DNA from: an uncultured Acidobacteriota bacterium
Lineage (GTDB): Bacteria; Acidobacteriota; Vicinamibacteria; Vicinamibacterales; UBA2999
DNA: 64,000 nucleotides
Assembly: GCA_963751025.1 (NCBI GenBank)
Contig: CAVVTC010000005.1
Coordinates: 414,515-478,514 of the forward strand
Reading direction: 5' to 3'
Position 1 is the stretch's first letter. Each line of letters opens with the position of its first letter. The notes under the pieces are model-generated. The model saw nothing but the letters and a program-made list of their open reading frames with translations, was not told the origin of the DNA and searched no databases. Shown here in pieces: positions 59,529 through 64,000 of the stretch. The position numbers and the translations under genes are program-made.

Positions 59529-60188
59529 TCAACCGACGCTGACCGGCGTGTCCATCCGGATGCGCACGATCGAGCCCGCAGGCAGGGAGATGTCCTTGCC
59601 GTCGGTCGCCGCGATCGCGCCGCCGGCGCCGATCGCCGCGCCGATGACCGCGCCCTTCAGACCGCCGATGATGCCGCCGACCACGCCGCCGACACCGGCG
59701 CCGACGCCAGCGGTCCCGACCTCATCGCGAATGCCGCGGCTCTCGAAGATCTGCGTCGCGGTTGCGCGGATGTCGTGCTGGCGCCCGCGCACACGGATAC
59801 GATCGAACGCCAGGGTCAGCGCGCCATCGCGATCGACGCGGCCCGCTTTGTCTACATCGACGACCACACCTTGCACGACGGAACCCGCCGGCACGAGCAC
59901 GCGGCCATCCTGAATCAGGTCCACGACGGTGGTGGCTTCGAACCGCTGCTCGACCTTCGACGTCTCGGAGCTGAGACTGGTGCCCAATCGCACGTCCATT
60001 TCCTGCCCGACAGGGACCACGCCACGGGCGGCGCTCGGCACGGTCTCCGGCGCGCTCGGCGCCGTCGACGTGACGTCCGATGTGCGTGGCGGCGGCGTCG
60101 CGGTGTTGAGGTCGCGCGTCGCGCAGGCATATCCACTGGCAAACAGGACCGGGAGCATCGCTGCTGCAAAGGTGAGCGATCTCTTCAT
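59529..60188 (-). CDS. Glycine-zipper-containing lipoprotein
   Basis: Intact 219 aa with the signal and Cys MKRSLTFAAAMLPVLFASGYAC. The C-terminal glycine zipper reads GTAGVGAGVGGVVGGIIGGLKGAVIGAAIGAGGAIA. Confidence 0.7.
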   Translation of the reverse strand: MKRSLTFAAAMLPVLFASGYACATRDLNTATPPPRTSDVTSTAPSAPETVPSAARGVVPVGQEMDVRLGTSLSSETSKVEQRFEATTVVDLIQDGRVLVPAGSVVQGVVVDVDKAGRVDRDGALTLAFDRIRVRGRQHDIRATATQIFESRGIRDEVGTAGVGAGVGGVVGGIIGGLKGAVIGAAIGAGGAIAATDGKDISLPAGSIVRIRMDTPVSVG

Positions 60189-60233
60189 GAGTTCATGCCT
60201 CCTGCCTGCCAGTGGTGCAATGGATATGCCCCG

Positions 60234-60389
60234 TCATACCACGCGTCGTCCCTGGATCACCCTCAGCACCAGAATCACAAGCGCCACCACGAGCAGAATG
60301 TGAATGAGTCCGCCCACTGTGTACGAGCTAACCATTCCCAGCAGCCAGAGGATAACGAGCACAACGATCAGTGTCTCGAGCATTGCCAT
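60234..60389 (-). CDS. lmo0937-family small membrane protein (51 aa; below the ORF-track cutoff)
   Basis: Codon-by-codon hand translation gives MAMLETLIVVLVILWLLGMVSSYTVGGLIHILLVVALVILVLRVIQGRRVV-stop. The SD ggagg lies 3 nt upstream of the ATG. Confidence 0.75.
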   Translation of the reverse strand: MAMLETLIVVLVILWLLGMVSSYTVGGLIHILLVVALVILVLRVIQGRRVV

Positions 60390-60427
60390 GACCTCCACGG
60401 CCGACGAGCCGGCCTGCGGAATGGCAG

Positions 60428-60443
60428 AGCACCTTCCGTACCA
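60428..60443 (-). promoter_or_regulatory. Sigma-54-type -24/-12 candidate for the lmo0937-family / glycine-zipper pair
   Basis: The minus strand reads TGGtACGgaaggTGCT (10 of 12 consensus positions). The predicted TSS is about 60417, 28 nt before the ATG. Confidence 0.4.
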
Positions 60444-60491
60444 GATCGAGCTCGGCCACGAGCTCAGCGGCCCTTTGATGTGCCGGCACGA

Positions 60492-61602
60492 TCAGTCCTC
60501 GCTGGCGCTCCGGACCTTGACGAGATCGGGTTTCCGGATTCCTGGCCTGGTGATGCGCTGGCGGCCGCTGGGGCGCTGACGGGAGCTGAACGGTGGGATC
60601 TGCACGACCTTGCCGGTATCCGCGGATTCATAGAGCGCCTGCACGATGCGGACGTCCTGCAGTCCCTCTTCGCCGGACGGTTCCGGATCGCGCCCCTTCA
60701 GGATGCAGTCGGAGAAGTAGAGCAGCTCCGGCGCGAACTGATCGCGCTTGCCGATGCGGCGCCTGGTCGTCTTGCCATTGGTCGTGAGCTCGTAGGCCAG
60801 GCCCTCGGCGTATTCGTACGCCGGGTTCACATGCAGGTGTCCTTTCGTTCCCACGATTCGGTAAGAGGCGACATCATCGGCGTTGAAACTGGTGACAAAG
60901 GCGGCGATGCGCTCGCCGTCGAACCGCAGCACCGCTGCGGTGGACTCGTCGATCTCTTTCACCCTCGCCGCTCCGCTGTTGACCGACAGCGCCATCACCT
61001 CTTTGGGCTCCGCCCGGAACAGTCCTCGCGCCGCGTTGATGCAGTACACGCCGATGTCGTACAGCGTGCCGCCTCCGAGCTCACGCTTCGTCCTGATGTC
61101 TCCAGGACGGACCGTCATGGAGAACGACGAGTTGAAGAACTTCGGATCGCCGATCCGGCCGCGACGAACCAGATCGATGGCGTTCAGGTTGATCTCCTCG
61201 AAATGCAGCCGATACGCCACCATGAGCCTGACGCGATGCTCGCGACAGGCCTCGATCATCCGTTCGCACTCCTCCGCCGTGACGGCCAGCGGTTTCTCGC
61301 AGAGCACGTGCACGCCAGCGTTGGCGGCGCGGATCGCATACTCGGCGTGGAGCGAGTTCGGAAGCGCGATGTACACCGCATCGACGTCTTCCAGGCAGTC
61401 GTCGTACGTGCTCGTAGGAGTACGCCGTGACCTTGTACTTCTTCGACAGCGCCCGCCGCTTCGCCGGGTCGTCGCTGACAATCGCCGCCAGCACCGAGTT
61501 GCGCCGCGCGTGCGCGAATGCCGGCAGCACCGCGACCTGAGCGATGTGACCCAGCCCGACTACCCCGTAGCGGACAGCCTTCCGCCTCGCGCGCTTCGCC
61601 AT
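60492..61602 (-). pseudogene. Gfo/Idh/MocA-family oxidoreductase, one frame break near 61410
   Basis: MAKRARRKAVRYGVVGLGHIAQVAVLPAF...KVTAYSYE | TYDDCLEDVDAVYIALPNSLHAEYAIRAANAGVHVLCEKPLAVT... Confidence 0.8.
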
Positions 61603-61665
61603 GCATGCCTCCGGCGTGGATTCGGTGCAAGCCGCATGCTGGTCCGCAGCAGCCCAGCGCTACGC

Positions 61666-61681
61666 AGGCGTCGGTCTTGCA
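61666..61681 (+). promoter_or_regulatory. Weaker sigma-54-type -24/-12 candidate for the yciE-like gene
   Basis: aGGCgtcggtcTTGCA (8 of 12 consensus positions, correct spacing). The predicted TSS is about 61692. Confidence 0.3.
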
Positions 61682-61693
61682 CAGCATCCCGCG

Positions 61694-61729
61694 ACGTCCC
61701 GCGCACTGCTCGAGCACGCGCGGGGACGT
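61694..61729 (+). promoter_or_regulatory. 36-nt near-palindrome in the predicted yciE-like 5' UTR
   Basis: acgtcccgcgcac-TGCTCGAGCA-cgcgcggggacgt. The arms are complementary apart from one extra g. It ends 5 nt before the SD aaggag. Confidence 0.35.
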
Positions 61730-61748
61730 TCATAAGGAGATTTGCACC

Positions 61749-62333
61749 ATGGCTGAAATGGGGACCTTGCACGATGCGTTTCTGGACGAGCTCCGGGACA
61801 CCTATGACGCGGAGAAACAGATCACGAAGGCGCTACCGAAAATGGTGAAAGCGGCGGCCTCACCTGCCCTGCGCGACGCACTCGAGGCGCATCTCGAGGA
61901 AACGCAGCAGCAGGTCGAACGGCTGGAGCAGGTATTCGCCTCGCTCGACGAGAAAGCGACGGGCAAGCATTGCGCGGGGATGGCGGGCATCATCGAGGAA
62001 GGCCAGTCGATCCTCGAGGAGGACTTCGACGAGACGACGACGGACGCGTGCCTCATCGCGGCGGCGCAGCGCGTCGAGCACTACGAGATGGCCGCCTACG
62101 GCACGCTGGTCTCGTGGGCTCGCGTCATGGGGCACACCGAGGCCGCCGATCTGCTGGAGGAGACGCTCGACGAGGAAAAGGCCGCGGATGCGACGCTCTC
62201 GTCGATCGCCAAAGGCGGGATCAATCAGGCGGCAGCCGATGCCGCCGATGAGGGCGAGGGCGACGCGGAAGCGGATGACGAGGAAGAGGAAGAGATCACC
62301 GCGGGGCCGTCCAAGCGCACCTCACGCGACTGA
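61749..62333 (+). CDS. DUF892/YciE-like ferritin-like stress protein with acidic C-terminal tail
   Basis: MAEMGTLHDAFLDELRDTYDAEKQITKALPKMVKAA...LEEHLEETQQQVERLEQVF...CAGMAGIIEEG...RVEHYEMAAYGTL; the tail reads DEGEGDAEADDEEEEE. Confidence 0.8.
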   Translation: MAEMGTLHDAFLDELRDTYDAEKQITKALPKMVKAAASPALRDALEAHLEETQQQVERLEQVFASLDEKATGKHCAGMAGIIEEGQSILEEDFDETTTDACLIAAAQRVEHYEMAAYGTLVSWARVMGHTEAADLLEETLDEEKAADATLSSIAKGGINQAAADAADEGEGDAEADDEEEEEITAGPSKRTSRD

Positions 62334-62335
62334 GG

Positions 62336-64000
62336 TCACTTCACCGTCACGATTTCGACGTCACCTTCGCGGCGAATGATGGTGACGCCGACGTCATGGG
62401 GGTGGCGCTCGACCTGCAGATCGACGCGCGCGTCGCCGATCGCCAGGTCGGTCAGGCGGATCCAGTCGATCGACTCCGGCAGCCGGCCCCGTGAGAACGA
62501 GATCCGGCGCGCGGGCGCGTCGATCTGCACGCCGAGGGACGCGGCGAGCATGAGGAAGACGGCCCCGGCAGCCCAGGCCTGCGGCGCGCAGGCAACCGGA
62601 TACAGCGTCGGCTCGCGACTGCGGCGAGTGAACCCGCAAATCAGTTCCGGGAGTCGATGCAGATCGACGGCCTCGCTCAACTCGAGTGTGGCGTTGAGAA
62701 TCCGCATCGCCGCGCCGGTGAAGCCATACCGCGACGCGCCGGCCGCCACCAGCGCGTTGTCGTGCGGCCAGATCGAGCCGTTGTGATAGGACTGCGGGTT
62801 GTATCGCCGCTCGCCCGCGGCCACCGTCCGGACGCCCCAGCCATTGAACGACGCATCCGCCATCAGCGTGTCGCACACGCGCTTCGCGCGTTCGGCTGCG
62901 ACGATCCCCGAGAACAGGCCATGGCCCGGGTTGGAGGTGCGCACGCGGCACGGGCGGCGGCGGCCGTCGAGCGCCAGCGCGTACGTGTCGATCTCCTCGC
63001 ACCAGAAGGTCAGCTCGAAGCGCTCGCGCAGCCGCTCGGCGCGCGTCGACCAGTCGTCGACCGCGCGTTTGTCGTCGCGCAGCGCAGCCAGTCGCGCGGC
63101 GCCATCCCACGCAGCGTAGGCATAGCCCTGCACCTCGCACAGCGCGATCGGACCCTCGGCCATCGTCCCATCGGCGTGGAAGATCGAGTCGTGCGAGTCC
63201 TTCCATCCCTGGTTGATCAGGCCTGCATCGTTCCTTCGCGCGTAGTCGATGAAGCCGTCCGCGTCTGGATCGCCGCTCGTTCGCATCCAGTCGAGAGCGG
63301 CCACGATGTTCGGCCAGATCCCGTCGATGAACTCGCGATCGCCGGTGCGCTGATAGTAGGCGTGGGCGAGCATGACGAACAGCGGCGTCGCATCGCAGCT
63401 GCCGTAATAGCGGCCGAACGGCACCTCGCCGAGCGCGGCCATTTCGCCGCCCCGCATCTCGTGAAGGATCTTGCCCGGCTGGGCATCCTGCGCGTCGTTC
63501 TCCGAGGTCGCCTGCGTCTCGGCGAGAAAGGCCAGCACGCCGCGCGCGACCGCCGGATTGACCCACAGCAGCTCGAATGCGGTGATGAGACCGTCGCGGC
63601 CGAACGGCGTGCTGAACCACGGGATGCCGGCATAGGGATACGCGCCGTGCGGCGTGTCGGTCAGCATGATCTGCAGATCGGCGTGCGACCGATCGAGCCA
63701 CCGGTTGAACATCGGGCTCGAGCTGAGCACGCGGCAGCACGAGGCGTTCTGCGTGGCGCGACGCGTCCTGGTCTGGACCAGCGCGTGATCGAAGGCCTTG
63801 GCGACCTGACCTGAGGCCGGCGCCGCCCCGTCGGTCTCGTAGGCCACGGTCAACACGATGGTCGCGGTTTCCTTCGGCTCGAGTCGCAGCACGAAGACGG
63901 CGCGCCCGGCGTCAACCTTGTCGGGCGGACGGCTCCACCGCACTCTCGAGCGGCGCTCGCGGTCGTCGATGCCGCGGTAGCCCATGACGTACTCGTCGCC
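62336..64000 (-). CDS. Amylo-alpha-1,6-glucosidase / glycogen debranching enzyme family protein (C-terminal about 555 codons; 5' end outside the window)
   Basis: Open and in frame to 64000: GIPWFSTPFGRDGLITAFE...GKILHEMRGGEMA...YGSCDATPLF...INQGWKDSHDSIFHADG...CEVQGYAY...NPQSYHNGSIWPHDNAL. Confidence 0.85.
   Translation of the reverse strand, partial: GDEYVMGYRGIDDRERRSRVRWSRPPDKVDAGRAVFVLRLEPKETATIVLTVAYETDGAAPASGQVAKAFDHALVQTRTRRATQNASCCRVLSSSPMFNRWLDRSHADLQIMLTDTPHGAYPYAGIPWFSTPFGRDGLITAFELLWVNPAVARGVLAFLAETQATSENDAQDAQPGKILHEMRGGEMAALGEVPFGRYYGSCDATPLFVMLAHAYYQRTGDREFIDGIWPNIVAALDWMRTSGDPDADGFIDYARRNDAGLINQGWKDSHDSIFHADGTMAEGPIALCEVQGYAYAAWDGAARLAALRDDKRAVDDWSTRAERLRERFELTFWCEEIDTYALALDGRRRPCRVRTSNPGHGLFSGIVAAERAKRVCDTLMADASFNGWGVRTVAAGERRYNPQSYHNGSIWPHDNALVAAGASRYGFTGAAMRILNATLELSEAVDLHRLPELICGFTRRSREPTLYPVACAPQAWAAGAVFLMLAASLGVQIDAPARRISFSRGRLPESIDWIRLTDLAIGDARVDLQVERHPHDVGVTIIRREGDVEIVTVK

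Noticed and set aside
1-64000. Programmed ribosomal frameshifting as an explanation for the split genes.
   Set aside because: There are far too many sites (about 90). They share no slippery heptamer or downstream structure. They affect unrelated gene families and often come in compensating pairs.

Overview
GC-rich (about 68-70% by eye) bacterial chromosomal segment. The gene content points to Acidobacteriota: four ADOP-type MacB-like orphan permeases (three preceded by a PadR regulator, one a tandem duplicate), two TIGR03435 proteins and a BlaI/BlaR1 pair. This taxonomic call is an inference from family distribution, not a search result.

Layout:
- 1-2.5 kb: WecE-like aminotransferase plus a Wzm/Wzt glycan ABC exporter.
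- 2.6-6.7 kb: nadE, M20 peptidase, DUF4440 protein, DCC oxidoreductase.
- 6.8-19.4 kb: one minus-strand, translationally coupled operon. It encodes a CDP-hexose pathway (rfbF, rfbG-like dehydratase, 3,5-epimerase, SDR, two C-methyltransferases, CmcI-like methyltransferase), a GT2, and an uncharacterised GT-B-like family that includes a 992-aa internally duplicated member.
- 19.4-24.1 kb: pdxA, holB, a membrane protein, an ankyrin-like protein, tatC.
- 24.1-29.2 kb: TetR-MFP-RND efflux operon.
- 29.2-32.2 kb: PBP1A and glutathione peroxidase.
- 32.3-36.5 kb: two paralogous large secreted proteins.
- 36.6-58 kb: a dense block of PadR, TIGR03435, ADOP, ECF sigma/anti-sigma and BlaI/BlaR1 genes, interrupted by a DUF6152 pair and a Q-rich protein plus BON-domain pair.
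- 58-64 kb: stress/dormancy-type genes (ku, csbD, glycine-zipper lipoprotein, lmo0937-family peptide, Gfo/Idh/MocA, YciE-like, glycogen debranching enzyme).

No rRNA, tRNA, CRISPR array, transposase or integrase was seen.

Three cross-cutting observations:
1. About 90 reading-frame breaks, unevenly distributed. Frame-broken genes are therefore listed as pseudogene, meaning broken as assembled; sequencing error versus real decay is unresolved.
2. Sigma-54-type -24/-12 motifs lie upstream of the stress-type genes. The ku one predicts a leaderless transcript.
3. Two families of intergenic hairpin repeats are present.
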